Shown here: positions 22,901-34,239 of the stretch, piece by piece
Layout of the letters: each line of letters starts with the position of its first letter
Numbering within the stretch: the stretch's first letter is position 1
Assembly: GCA_905178155.1 (NCBI GenBank)
Contig: CAJINV010000023.1
Location: forward strand, 690,834 to 751,336
From: Amoebophrya sp. A120
Lineage: Eukaryota > Protista > Dinoflagellata
Reading direction: 5' to 3'
DNA: 60,503 nt
Position numbers and translations under genes: made by a program
Notes under the pieces: generated by a model
Database searches by the model: none
What the model saw: the letters and a program-made list of their open reading frames with translations, nothing else
What the model was told of the DNA's origin: nothing

Positions 22901-24883
22901 CAGGTTCTAGATCGAGACCTAGAACAACTCCGCTACGAGTGCCAGCCGCATGCGCGCATTGCGACCCTGGGAGTCGGCGGCTTCACGTCGGACGACTGTC
23001 TCCTGGCCTTCAATCCGGTCGAGTACTGTCCCCTGCTCGGCAAATTCTTGTCGCCGATCAACTCGCCACTCACGTCACGGAACCACCCTGTGTGTCCCAC
23101 CGACCTTGCGGAGTACCTGAGTCCGCGGTTTTCCCGTAGACGCGAGAACCACGAGCGCGAGCTGCGGCACGTCCTCAAGTCCTTGCTGGAGCACGGACTG
23201 GAAAACGCGTTTGAGCAAATCCGGACCGCCCACATTTATCCTGAGTAAAAACGTACCCACACCAGACTTGTAATGCAGATTTGCAAAGAGAGGAAGACTT
23301 GTAATGCGCATTTCCATAAGAGCCATTTCCACTCGTGTTTTGGAATTTGTGATGCTGTGAACAGGATGAGCAGATGAATCTGTGATGCGGCTGCACTTGC
23401 TAACCTGCACTACACTGCATAGTGCAACTTGTCATGCGTGACTCGCAAAGCTCCTAGGTTTGTGTTGCAAAATCCCCATCCTGACTCTGGTGTGGAGACG
23501 TTTTTACAAATGATAGCACTCACCTAAACTTTAACTTGACCAACTACCACACCAACGGGAACCAGTTTCCGCCGCACGTGATCCCCCGCATGGCCTTGGT
23601 GCACCAGGTGAAACACTACGAGGAAGCGAAAACAAGCAGGGGCGAGATGAATAAAGGTGTTCTTACACGAGCGGCCGCAGTCCCAGGGGATGGTACTGGT
23701 CGTGAACAACAACAACAGCATATTGAGCGGAAAAATCTCCCTTCCCCATGTTGAAAGCGCATCCGTTTGAGAATTTGTGATGCAGATTTCTGACCACAAA
23801 TCGCGTCTGTCTTGCAAGAAGGCAAGTTCAGGCTGTCCGCCACGTTATGCAGGCGATTTGTAATGCTGTAAGGCCTACACGGGCCCAGCCGTCTACCATG
23901 CTAGGCGCGTGCACCAAAAGGCCCCTCCCTAGGCTTGCAATCTGCGTTGAGTGCTCTACTGCAGCACAGATTTGATTTGGGTATTCAGATACAGCATCAC
24001 CAGTTTCGCTTTCGATACGGGGAGGGGGCTTTTTTCACTTTGATAGAATGTGGTCCTCACGTCGACCTGCATACTGAGACGAAAAATCCCCCCTCCCCAT
24101 ATCGAAAACGTATGCTTCCGAAAATTTGTGATGCAGATTTGTGACCACAAATCCTGTCTGGCTTGCGAGAAGGCAAATCCAGGCTCTCTGCCACTCTATG
24201 CGGGCGATTTGTAATGCCGTAAGGACTACAGGACACCAGCCGTCTACCATGCTAGGCGCCTACACCAAAAGGCCCCGAACTAGGTTGGCGACCTGCGTGC
24301 AGTCCTCTACGGCAAGACAAATCTGATTTGTCTACGCAAATCCAGCGCCACAGATTCCCTTTGCGATATGGGGCGGGGGGATTTTTCCTTTTGATACTGC
24401 AACGACGGCCACCTCACGTCATCCAGCTCGAGGGAAGCAGCGGGACCGGAAGTATGATAGAAGATTTCTATCAAATGCAAAAATGTCTGGGTCTGGAAGA
24501 GTCATGCTATTTTTGCATGACACAGAAGGTCTGGCATGGAAGCTCTAGCATCACAGGTTTCGAGAAGCTTTCGCCATGTTAAATCCGCATGACAAGTCCC
24601 CCAGTTTGGTGACAGAAAGTGGGCAGCTTTTGCTATCTATGCATGACAGATTTTTCTGTCTTCTGAAATGCGCATCACAAGGTACATCCTTCCAGATCCA
24701 GACATTTTTGCAATGCATAATTTCCGGGCGGCGGCAACTTGGTACGCCACCCCGCCGTTCATCACTCTGAATGCGGAGGAGCCGTCCACCGTCGGCCACA
24801 CGCAAAGCTTTTTGAATGATACAATATGTGCGGCGGTCCTGGAGCAGTATGAAGCGCATCGGCGGTGCGACCTGGTGGTATAG
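19925..24883 (+). CDS. GT25-family glycosyltransferase, type II membrane; 8 non-canonical introns
   Basis: Exons 19925-20033,20319-20349,21035-21087,21349-21468,21738-23236,23521-23720,24051-24071,24402-24468,24725-24883 = 2259 nt open. PVLYINLDRD..R, SHLKAL, ALILEDD, LPPDWGVVQVG, WGAFAYLVSR, YATPPF..STVGH. Start codon is inferred. Confidence 0.8.
20034..20313. mobile_element. Introner family C
   Basis: DR TTTTA/TTTTA; frame restored. Confidence 0.9.
20350..21029. mobile_element. Introner family C carrying nested retroposon
   Basis: DR GTGCT/TTGCT; frame restored. Confidence 0.85.
20424..20800 (+). mobile_element. SINE-like / 5'-truncated non-LTR retroposon with (ATG)8 tail
   Basis: 8-bp TSD ATGCGCAG (20416-20423, 20801-20808); trinucleotide tail 20777-20800. 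Confidence 0.7.
21088..21343. mobile_element. Introner family B (degenerate right TIR)
   Basis: DR CCTGT/CCTGT; frame restored. Confidence 0.85.
21469..21732. mobile_element. Introner family B
   Basis: DR AACAA/AAGAC (3/5); frame restored. Confidence 0.85.
23237..23515. mobile_element. Introner family C
   Basis: DR ACATT/GCACT (3/5); frame restored. Confidence 0.85.
23721..24045. mobile_element. Introner family A
   Basis: No DR (CAGCA/GAATG), but element+5 nt removal restores frame. Confidence 0.8.
24072..24396. mobile_element. Introner family A
   Basis: TAC..ATA, DR CTGCA/CTGCA; same subfamily as 23721. Confidence 0.9.
24469..24719. mobile_element. Introner family B
   Basis: DR ATTTC/ATTTC; frame restored. 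Confidence 0.9.
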
Positions 24884-24938
24884 TCGACGAAGCGCGGTGG
24901 AGGTCTGGAGACCACGCGGCCAGCACTCTGGAGCTGCT

Positions 24939-25208
24939 TATCTATCAAATGCAAAAGTGTCTGGGTGTGGAAGGTTGCAACTTGTGATGCTGTCTTTGGA
25001 AGGTAAAAAAAATCTGTATTGCATGACCAGCAAGAGGAGTTGAGTTTGTGCTACGCGGAGTGGGCGTTTCTCATGCGGAATACGCATCAGAAGGCCCTTG
25101 AAAAATCTATGTCGATGCTAGGTCATGCATCACAGGCATCATGGGTTATGCAGAATATGCATGACAGACCTGGCAATCTTCCAGACTAAGGTATTTTTGC
25201 ACTTGATA
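24939..25208. mobile_element. Family B element in probable 3' UTR
   Basis: DR CTGCT/CTGCT; duplicated TATC at left end. Confidence 0.85.
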
Positions 25209-25744
25209 CTGCTAGCCCGGCTACAACGTCAACTGGAGGTATAGCTACAAGATGAACCGGGACGAGGCGTAACAGCATCAACAGGAATCTTCTTGCTACT
25301 TATCCACTTATAGGTCGTCCAAGAGGAAGTAGAAACCTCCTCCACTACGATGATGAAAGAGTACTATGCACAAACTTCCAAGAAAAGAAAAGGCATGTCT
25401 CCCCCGCCCAAAGTGTTCGCTTCATCTAAATAAAGTCGTGATGATACAATTATTTCATTTTGCCGAGTTGAATATAATAATTTCCGTTCTGATTATTTTG
25501 TTGTGATTGTCGTGCTGATGTGGTAGTGGTGGTCCTCCTGCGCAGCAGTGCAACAAAAGCGCATTTGATGTTGTCCGGGACTGTTACAGTGGCACAAAAT
25601 AGGATATGGGGCAGCTGCAAGGAAAATATGGATTTTTCCTTTTGATGCTGTAAAAGTTCTTTGCAACGCCTCTTTGCTTCGGAAGTGGGCACCCTGCGAG
25701 GAGAAAGTGCAGTGGGCGGACCCTAAACGCCTCGCTCGCAAAAA

Positions 25745-27564
25745 ATGTCCGCTGCATCGCCGCACCGCCCCATCGCCGCGGCAGGGAGCAGCTGCACAAC
25801 AACTTCTCCCAGTCGCACTGCAATCAGCGTGGATCCCAAATCTTATCTCTCCAACGAACGGACCTATTATCGCTATCTGCATATGTCTCTGCTTCTCTTG
25901 GTAACTTCGTTGCTGTATTGACAGGAAAAATCCCCCCTCCCCATATTGAAAAGGTATGTTTCCGAAAATTTGCGTTGCTGATTTGTGGCCACAAATCAGG
26001 TCTGTCTTGCAAGAAGACAAGTGCAGAGGCATCTGCCCAATTGTGGAAGCGATTTGGCATGCCGTTGGTCCTAGAGGGTAGCCGTTTGCAATGCTGAACA
26101 GCTACACCGGAGCGCTCCCACCTAGGCTGCGGATCTGGCCGCAGTGCCTTACTGCAAGACAAGTGGGATTTGTGTACGCAAATCAGCATCAGAAATTTCC
26201 ATTTTGATATGTGGTGGGGGGTTTTTTCATTTTGATATGCTGCTGCTGCGGTTCCCCAACTCGTTCACTGGCACGGACCCCGATCAAGCTGCTACAACGA
26301 TATGGATTGCAAAAGTGTCTGGGTCTGGAAGAATGCAACTTGTGATGCTACTTTTGGAATCCAAAAAAATCTGTATTGCATGAGCAGCAAGAGGCGTCCA
26401 GTTTTTGCTCCGCGGAGAGGGGATTTCTCGTGCGGGATAGGCATCAAGATGCCCGCAAAAAAATTGTGATGCTGGAGCATACATCACAGACATCACGGGT
26501 CATGCAAAACCTGCACGACAAACCTAGCAATCTTCCAGACCCAGACATTTTTGCATTCGATAAAGGCGGCTTTGTGCGTATTTCCTGGCGGTGGTTGCAG
26601 TCTTCGTTGTGGTGTGGAGCTACGTCGTTTTTCACCGTCGTGTATCGAAAGGAAAAACTCCTCTTCCGCATACTGAAAAGGTATATTTTCGGAAATTTGT
26701 GATGCTGATTTGTGGTGGTCACAAACCGCGTCTGTCTTGCAAGAAGGCAATTCCGCAGGCTGCGCCGCATTGTGCCGACGGTTTGCCATGCTGGTGGGCC
26801 TACAGCGCGGACGTTTTTCATGCTAAGCGACTAGGCCAAAGACCCTCTATTCGGACTTGGTACGGGCCTGCAGTGCTCTCCAGCAAGACCGCGGGGATTT
26901 GTGTACACAATTAGCTTCGCCCCATTATACAGGCGGTTTGTAATGCTGTTCGGCCTACAGCATAGACGTTCCTCATGCTAAGTGCCTAGGCCAAAACCTT
27001 TCTACAGTGGCATGATATGGGCCTGCAGTCCTCTACTGCAAGACAGACCTGATCTGTGTACGCAAATCAGCATCAGAAATTTTGTTTTGATATGGGGAGG
27101 GGGCATTTTTGCTCACAACATCGTGTTGCTTTTCTCGGACGCCGGACCACACGGAGCAATCCTATCGAATGCAAATATGTCTGGGTCTGGAAGAGCCGGG
27201 AATTATTTTCATGCACATTTTGTATGACTCGTGAGGTCTGTGTTGATACTGGTGCTAGCATCGCAGATTTTTTGAGTGCTTCTTGATGCTAATTACGCAT
27301 CAGAAATACCCTCTCCGCGTGCCAAGAACTGACTCCTCTCGCTGCTCATGCAACACAGACACTTTTAGAATGCGCAGACAGCGTTACAAGTTCCACTCTG
27401 TCCTCCAGACCACCCAGACATTTTTGCATTTCATAAAGCCCACAGCGGAACATGTACATGTCAACGAAAACCACCGCACCTATGTCACTGCTCTGGGCCC
27501 GGAATTGCTGGCAGTGGCGCTTTGCCTCGGCTTTGGCGGTTGTTTGTTAGTGCATCTGTGTTGA
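25745..27564 (+). CDS. VTC1: Vtc1-like (DUF202) vacuolar transporter chaperone subunit; 4 non-canonical introns
   Basis: Exons 25745-25915,26243-26300,26568-26642,27126-27162,27441-27564 = 154 aa; VDPKSYLSNERTYYRYLH, 3 TM segments, YVVFHRR, LGPELL. Not visible in the ORF track. Confidence 0.75.
25916..26237. mobile_element. Introner family A
   Basis: DR TGCTG/TGCTG; frame restored. Confidence 0.9.
26301..26562. mobile_element. Introner family B
   Basis: DR AACGA/AAGGC (3/5); frame restored. Confidence 0.85.
26643..27120. mobile_element. Chimeric/partly duplicated family A introner (478 bp)
   Basis: TAT..ACA, DR TCGTG/TCGTG; central A body occurs twice, junction about 26910. Confidence 0.85.
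27163..27435. mobile_element. Introner family B
   Basis: DR AATCC/AAGCC; frame restored. Confidence 0.85.
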
Positions 27565-27888
27565 GGTGGAGATGAATAAAAAAGACTGTAAACTGTGATT
27601 GCAGATAATGTGGTCCTCGCACGCGGCTGCAGGAGGAGTTTTGGCTTCCCTGGTGTCACCAGACACTGGAAAATAAATGATGTCGGTGTTGACTGGCCTT
27701 CATACGGTGCTGTTGACTGTCACTTTTCTTCATACGTGTTTTGATATTCCCTTAGGATCATTCAAGGAGGCATTGCAAGTGTTTAATATTTCTCTGTAAT
27801 GCAGAGCAAGTTTGATGCAACAAATGTGTATTAACTCTAGTGCTTTTTTCTTGGGATATAATAAGTGTAGTAGCGTACAGTCGAGGTC

Positions 27889-28168
27889 TATCATGCGTAA
27901 AAATGTCCCCACACCAGAGTCAAGATGGGAAATCTGCTAGACAAATCGGCCAGCTTTGGTCGTTTGGCATGACAAGTTTGTCCTCGTAGTGTAATCCTGT
28001 TTAGGTAGTTCAGCAGCATCAGAGATCTAGTATACCACGCTGATTGTAGCAACACAAATTCCAAAACACGACTAGAAAATGCCTCTCATGGCGCTCCGCA
28101 TGACAAACTTCTTTGGGATGCAGATTTGCATGACAAACTCTGGGGTGGGGACGTTTTTACTCAGAATA
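27889..28168. mobile_element. Family C element, intergenic
   Basis: C TIRs; no matching DR. Confidence 0.8.
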
Positions 28169-28231
28169 TCCTGCGGCTCATATTGTTGATCCTAATGGTG
28201 TTGCGGACCATAATATTGTTTCTCGGTGGCG

Positions 28232-28537
28232 TATGGAAGTGTCAGAATCGAAATTTAATAAGTCTTTCAATTTGTGATGCATAACATCGATACCAGTTGG
28301 AGCCTCAGGGTGTAAGTGACGCATGACAAATTTCGGGAGCACCCAAATCCAGTCTGTCATGCTGTTTGGGCAAAGAAGACTGCTCCTGTCATGCTACTCT
28401 GGCAGCGCATTCCATATTCCTAGACAGGCTTGCAATCGATCTCATTTGCCTGCTCCCCATTACAGGCATCGAGTGCCCTGCGTTCTATGCATTACAAATT
28501 TTTCGACTTTGTCGATTTCAATCCTGACACATCCATA
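28232..28537. mobile_element. Family G element, probable 5' UTR
   Basis: DR TGGCG/TGGCG; reverse orientation to 4904-5210. Confidence 0.9.
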
Positions 28538-28560
28538 TGGCGGCATTTGATGATGGCAGA

Positions 28561-31086
28561 ATGAGTGCGACAACCTCGTCGTTTCGTCAGCAGTATCCTG
28601 AGTAAAAACGTACCCACACCAGAGTCAAGATGGGGAATCGGCTAGACAAATCCACAAGTTTTGGCTGTTTTGCATGACAAATTTGGATTCGTAGTGTAGT
28701 GCTGTTTGAGCTAGCTCAGCAGCATCACAGATCTAGCATACCATGCTGATTGGAGCATGGCCAATTGCAAAACACGACTAGAAAATGCTTCTCATGGGGC
28801 TCCGCATGAGAAACATTTTCAGCATGCAGATTTGCATTACAACTCTGGCGTGGGTACGTTTTTACTCAGGATAAGCAGCAGCAGGATCATATGTTGGAAA
28901 AACACGAACCCCACGCGACGTCGTCCAGGGAGCAGGAGGACACTCACGTCGGAGCAAGCATGTCGAGACGACGGCTCAGCCTCGGCACCGCCGCGTGTTT
29001 GGTCCTTCTCTTACTGCAGATCGGGCTTACGCGGATTCTGCTTGCTGCGGTGCAGGTAACAGATGGTGGAGGAGCAGTCGTGTGTGTCAAGACACAGCAT
29101 CATGATCCGGGGACATCAAGTGCACGCCCACAAGGTGTAGAACTACAACCAGCAGGACCATCTACTTCCCCATCGGTGCCTGTAGTCCGCGGGGACAGAG
29201 AAAAGAATCAAAGCACAAATAAGAACGTAGAATCTTTACAAAAAATACCCAAGAAGGGAGTAGTCCTCTCCTGCGGGAATGGTGCGCCAACCCTGGAAGC
29301 CGGCCCGGGCGGGCGATTCTCATCGGAGGAGCTGGACAAGTTTGACTTGGAAGACCCTCGAGTGAGTCGGTTTCAACTAGTCGACACCGTGAAGCGGTTC
29401 CGAAAACGCGTGAAGCAGCTGGACGAGATGAACGCACAGCTGACTGCGCAGGTCTTGCAAGCAACAGAAACGCAGAAAATAACCGGCGGCGCTGCCTCGT
29501 CCAGCAAGTCGGCGGGAGGTACGACTTCTACCAGTACTAGCGCGGGCTCAAAATCTTCAAAAACGTCACTGCTCGGCGGGAAAAAGGGCGGAGGTGGCGT
29601 GACGAAGCAGAAAGGCGCGGCGAATGATCCATGCGGCGGCAATGCTAATAAAACGGATCAGTTTCTAAGACCGTCAGCGATTCCGGACAAATCAGTAGCA
29701 CCATGCGCAACGGCGTGGGAAAGAGTGGCGCCGTCACGGGACGCCGGCTTTGAAAATGACACGAGGTACGCGGGCCCTTGCGACGTCGCAGCGGTGGACG
29801 GCAACATCACGAAAAAGTATGATGTCTGGCGGTGCCCAGAAACCGCGACGCGCGGCCACTTTTTCGTCCGAAACCTGCGCTGTCAGGAAGGAAGCGTGAC
29901 TTTTTCCAATGATGCCGCCTACGTGCAGCGTGTCAAGAAGCTGGTTGGGTCCGACGAGTTCGAGTTCTACCTGTTGGGGCCGGAGCTTCACGCACTAACG
30001 GACCCCTCGGGTTTTCGAGTCCTCGGGGACTGCCAATACCAGCTGCTGTACAACGTGACGACGCCGGGACGCTACCGCGCCGAACTGTGGATGCAGCGGG
30101 AGCGGTGGAGGGGAATCAGCGAAGCGGAGCCGAGAAAGTGGATAGCAGGGAACAACGACGACGTTCTGGGCTCGCGGGTGTTCATAGACTTGGGTGGAAC
30201 AAGTGGAGCTGCTGACGTCCTAGCTGCCGGAACCGCTCAACAGCAGCTTCCTCGGTGCGACTTGAAGAAAAATCCGGGTGACTTCGGGTTTGGCCGCTGG
30301 GTTTTTCGCGGCAATGGCACCGCGAGAGACGCGAAGCTGGCCGCTTACCGCCCAGAAATGGTGGCCCGCGAGAATTTGGGAGCCTTCAAGGATCACTACG
30401 TGTGGGAGCCGCGCAACTGCCACCTGCCGTACTTGGCTGGGGACCGCGCCGCGCAGTGCCTGCAGGGCAAGGGCATCCTGGTGGTGGGCGACTCGCACGC
30501 GCGCACGCTCTACAACGCCCTCGTGAACCACATTTGCGGGCCCAAGGGGCCTCTCGGTGGGTGGGCCTCGAATTCCTGCCTCGAAGGCAAAAACCTCCCG
30601 GACCGCTGCAAAAACATCAAGCTGTGCGTGCAGCACGACGTGTTCAACACCCGGCTGGCGCAGACGCCCGAGCAGTTGAATCTTCAGAACTTTGACCTGG
30701 TCATTGCCGGGATGGGCCAGCACGCCTCTGCGGGTAATTCCCGCTGGAAAACAGCGCGGTACGTGGAGACAGTTTCGGCTCGCGGTGCGGGTTTTGCGGC
30801 GGCGGTGAAGAAGTTCGGCAAGCCGATTTACTGGCACGATTTGAACGACTTTCCGTTTCGCAACGACGGGTTCGTGCGCGGCTTCCAGGATCGCCGTGGC
30901 CACTCTTTCATGCGGCTCTGGAACACGTACGCCGCCGAGGAAATGGAAAAAAAACATATTCCGGCTCTACCCGCGTTTCCTAGCAGCCAAGCCTGGCAGC
31001 GCCACACCGATGCCCACATGCCGCTGCCCATTGTTCAGGCGAGCGTGGCACAGTTTATCTGGAACGTCCTTGGCTGTAGTACGTAG
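28561..31086 (+). CDS. NXPE/PC-esterase (TBL-like SGNH) acyltransferase/esterase, type II membrane
   Basis: Exons 28561-28593,28879-31086; TM LGTAACLVLLLLQIGL; YNVTTPGRY, GRWV, YVWEPRNCHLP, CLQGKGILVVGDSHAR, terminal TDAH. Confidence 0.75.
28594..28873. mobile_element. Introner family C
   Basis: DR AGCAG/AGCAG; frame restored from ATG 28561. Confidence 0.9.
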
Positions 31087-31129
31087 TTGGAGCGATCCTC
31101 CACTCAAAAGCTCCACCCCAGAGCGACCG

Positions 31130-31185
31130 TATAACCTGCAAATATCGGTCTGGGTCTGGAAGGTTGGAACTTGTATGTGCTGCTG
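31130..31185. mobile_element. Family B left-end remnant
   Basis: TATAACCTGCAAATATCGGTCTGGGTCTGGAAGG without a right TIR. Confidence 0.6.
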
Positions 31186-31632
31186 GTTTTTCTACCTTGT
31201 TCCTGTGAATAAATCTGTGGGCATCGTCGACCTGCACGGGCTCCATGTGTACCGGAAGTAGCAGTGCAGCTACTATGTGAGATGATTTTTTTCTGCTTTC
31301 CCCGATAGAGAAAAGTGAAAATGAAACGAAGGATAAGCAGCCAGCGGAAGGATCATGACAAGCATGACGAGAAACCTTTTTGCCGCCCCCTTCTTTAGAA
31401 GTGCAACTTACAACTCCCTTGCAAGTATAGTGGACCAAGAATGTAAAGTAGTGCAGTTGCAGCGTGCATAAACTTAGCCAATCAGATTGCGCGGAGATCA
31501 GATGTGCTAAAAAAATGAAACTAAACTATGCTGGTGCGGCGCGCTGAGGCGCGCCCCTAGTAGACTTAAAGTTCGAGAAGAGCCTCCCTGAGATGCCTCC
31601 GGAACAACGGCCCACATCAATCTGGCCTCGGA

Positions 31633-33743
31633 ATGTTGATGGCGCTGGCACGTTTAGCGTTGAAGACTTTGGTGCTCGCTGCTGTGGTAAAGAACGCACG
31701 CGGGCAATACTTGTCGATCCTACCTACGGAGAGCAGCGCATGGGCCGCCCACTTTTTTTCCTTCTTTAGTATTGCAAGGAAACACTCCCCCTCCCCATAT
31801 CAAAACGAAGTTTGTGATGCTGGATCTGCGTACACAAATCTGATTTGTCTTGCTGGAGAGGACTGCAGCCCCATACTAAGCCTGAGCAGAGAGGTTTTGG
31901 ACTAGGCTCTTAGCATGAGAAACGTCTGCGCTGTAGGCCCAACAACATCGCAAACCGTCGACAGAGTGCGGCGGACTCTCTAGATTTGCCTTCTTGCAAG
32001 ACAAACAGGATTCGTGGTCACAAATCAGCATCACAAATTTTCAGGCGCATGCGTTTTCAATATGGTGAGGGGGGATTTTTCGTCACAATATTTAGCGGGG
32101 CTGCTTCTCGGTTCCTTGCCTCGAACACCACCGCCACCACGCAGCCGCACACATCAGAAACAACGGCTCCATGGGTACCATCGTCGGATGCCTTGCCTGG
32201 TCGTGCTCTTACGAGCGCAGACGAACAAACGGGGACAACTCCTAGCGTGAACGTCCAGTGGGACGCACTAGCAGCGCAGCTGGATGAAGTATACGCGACA
32301 CCAATGCAAGTTTATGAGCACATTGCCACCCTGGCGAACAGAAAGCGCTACGTCGATATTGGTGCCCGTGATACCAAGCGGGCTGGCATAGTGGCAAAAT
32401 TTGCTCGATCGAGCACGTTCGTAGAAGCGGACCCGCAGAACTGCAAACATTTTCACGCTCTAGCACGCCAAGGCACCGAGGCAAACCGGGTGTCCGTTCT
32501 TTGTCCGACAAAGTTTGGTGCGGAAACGGTGACAGGGCTCACAGCTGAGCGAATGTCCGGAGTGCAAGCAGCGGAGTTAAAGCGCGCAGAGCTGGGCCTG
32601 GTGGAGGGCGACGTCTACTTCACCTGGCTCCCGGGAGAGGCTGTGTTGCACTTTTTGAAGCAGCTCAGAAAGGGGGTGAAGGCGGACGCTATACCTGCTT
32701 CGGGGAAGCTGGTCTCATGGGTGCACGCCTGTATGGGCCGGTGCCGCAGAGAGAAGAGCACTGGTCTCGCGGTGCACTATCGAGTGACGCGTCAGAGTGC
32801 AAAAGCCTTTCGCGAGCGGCGTTCTGTTTCGGGGGCCGGAGGCACAGCCACCGCCACCAGTGCTGACCCGAAGTGGCAAGAAAGCAGCGCGAACGGGCCC
32901 GCGCTGTCCAGTGTTGCTTCGCGACGTACGGAGAAACGCATCCAGGCGACCACGCGCGGCTGGGAAAACCTCAAAAAACAAAAAGCGTCTGGCAGACCGC
33001 TGGCGCCCCCCTCTCTCGCGCAATTTAGTATCATCGTTCTTGAGTTTGATCTGAGCGATATCGTAAGGAAAAACTCCCCCTCCCCATATCGAAAAGGCAC
33101 GCCACAGAGAATTTGTGATGCTTCTTGTGACTACAAATCGTGTCTGTCTTGCAAGGAAGCAACGGCACAGACTCCGCCTCATTATGCAGGCAGTTTGCCA
33201 TGGTGTTGGGCCTACAGCATGGACGTTCCTCAGGCTAGGTGCCTAGGCCATCAAAACCGCTCTGCATTGGCATGGTATGGGCCTGCAGTCCTCTACTGCA
33301 AGACAGGTCTGATTTGTGTACGCCAATCCACCTTCACAGCTTTCCTTTTGATATGGGGAGGGTGGATTTTTCCTTTTGATAAGCGAACCATGGGAATTAC
33401 TAGACATGGAACGCGTTCGGGGATGCGAAGAGAAGGTCGATAATGTTTTTGGCGTGTGTGATATCGCAAGAAAAAACTGTTTCACTGTGAACTTCTGATG
33501 CGTAGAATGGAACAAAGAACTATTTGTCTTGCTACACCTGCAAGACCTTGACTCTTTAGAGGTGTTTTCCTTTTAGAAGCGCGCATGGCAAATTTATTTC
33601 TGTGTCATGTGTAACAAACTTGTGATGCAGATCTTGCAAAATCATCACAGTGAAACAGTTTGTTTCGTGGGATATGTGACAACGTGTCGCATACGATGAA
33701 TCTCGAAAAGCCGCTTGGTTACGCTCATCCGCCGTGGTGGTGA
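31633..33743 (+). CDS. Signal-peptide protein with class I SAM methyltransferase-like motifs; 3 non-canonical introns
   Basis: Exons 31633-31769,32096-33058,33387-33461,33680-33743 = 1239 nt; hydrophobic N-terminus; YVDIGAR and FVEAD motifs. Confidence 0.6.
31770..32090. mobile_element. Introner family A
   Basis: DR TTTAG/TTTAG; frame restored. Confidence 0.9.
33059..33381. mobile_element. Introner family A
   Basis: DR AGCGA/AGCGA. Confidence 0.9.
33462..33674. mobile_element. Introner family D
   Basis: DR TGTGA/TGTGA. Confidence 0.9.
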
Positions 33744-34239
33744 ACACGCGAGCCACTCCGGTGCTGAGATCATGCCGCGACGACCGAGAAGTCCGCGCAC
33801 TGCTATAGAAAAAGTACTGAATAATAGCCACGATAATTTTGAGGACTACTCACATGTGCGAGCTCCAACCTGCGGCTGGATCAAGAAATAATTTTTCCGA
33901 AGAAGAAAAGAGGATGCACGCCTTGTTTCGACACAGGAGGTGCTAAATATAAGAGCTCAAACGTTCTACAAGAGTACAACAGACAAGAACGGTCTTCGGT
34001 TCTTTCTCTTCTCTTCTTGTTGTTCCATGAAACAGGTTTGGCTGCTCCAGCTTTGCCGTAGTGAGTTGCCGAACTACGCTCTAGCCAGGCAGTTTTGTTG
34101 CTTTACTTTGTTCTAACAGGCAGGAAATCGCTTTCGTGCGTATTATTGTAGCGTATTATTGAAGCAAACTGCTACTTGTCGTGCGAAATACGTTGTTGTT
34201 CTTCTTGTCGTGCGTATTATTGAAGCAAACTACTACTCC

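Noticed and set aside
34135-34235. Duplicated GCGTATTATTGAAGCAAACT upstream of the transporter
   Set aside because: Short local duplication with no further structure
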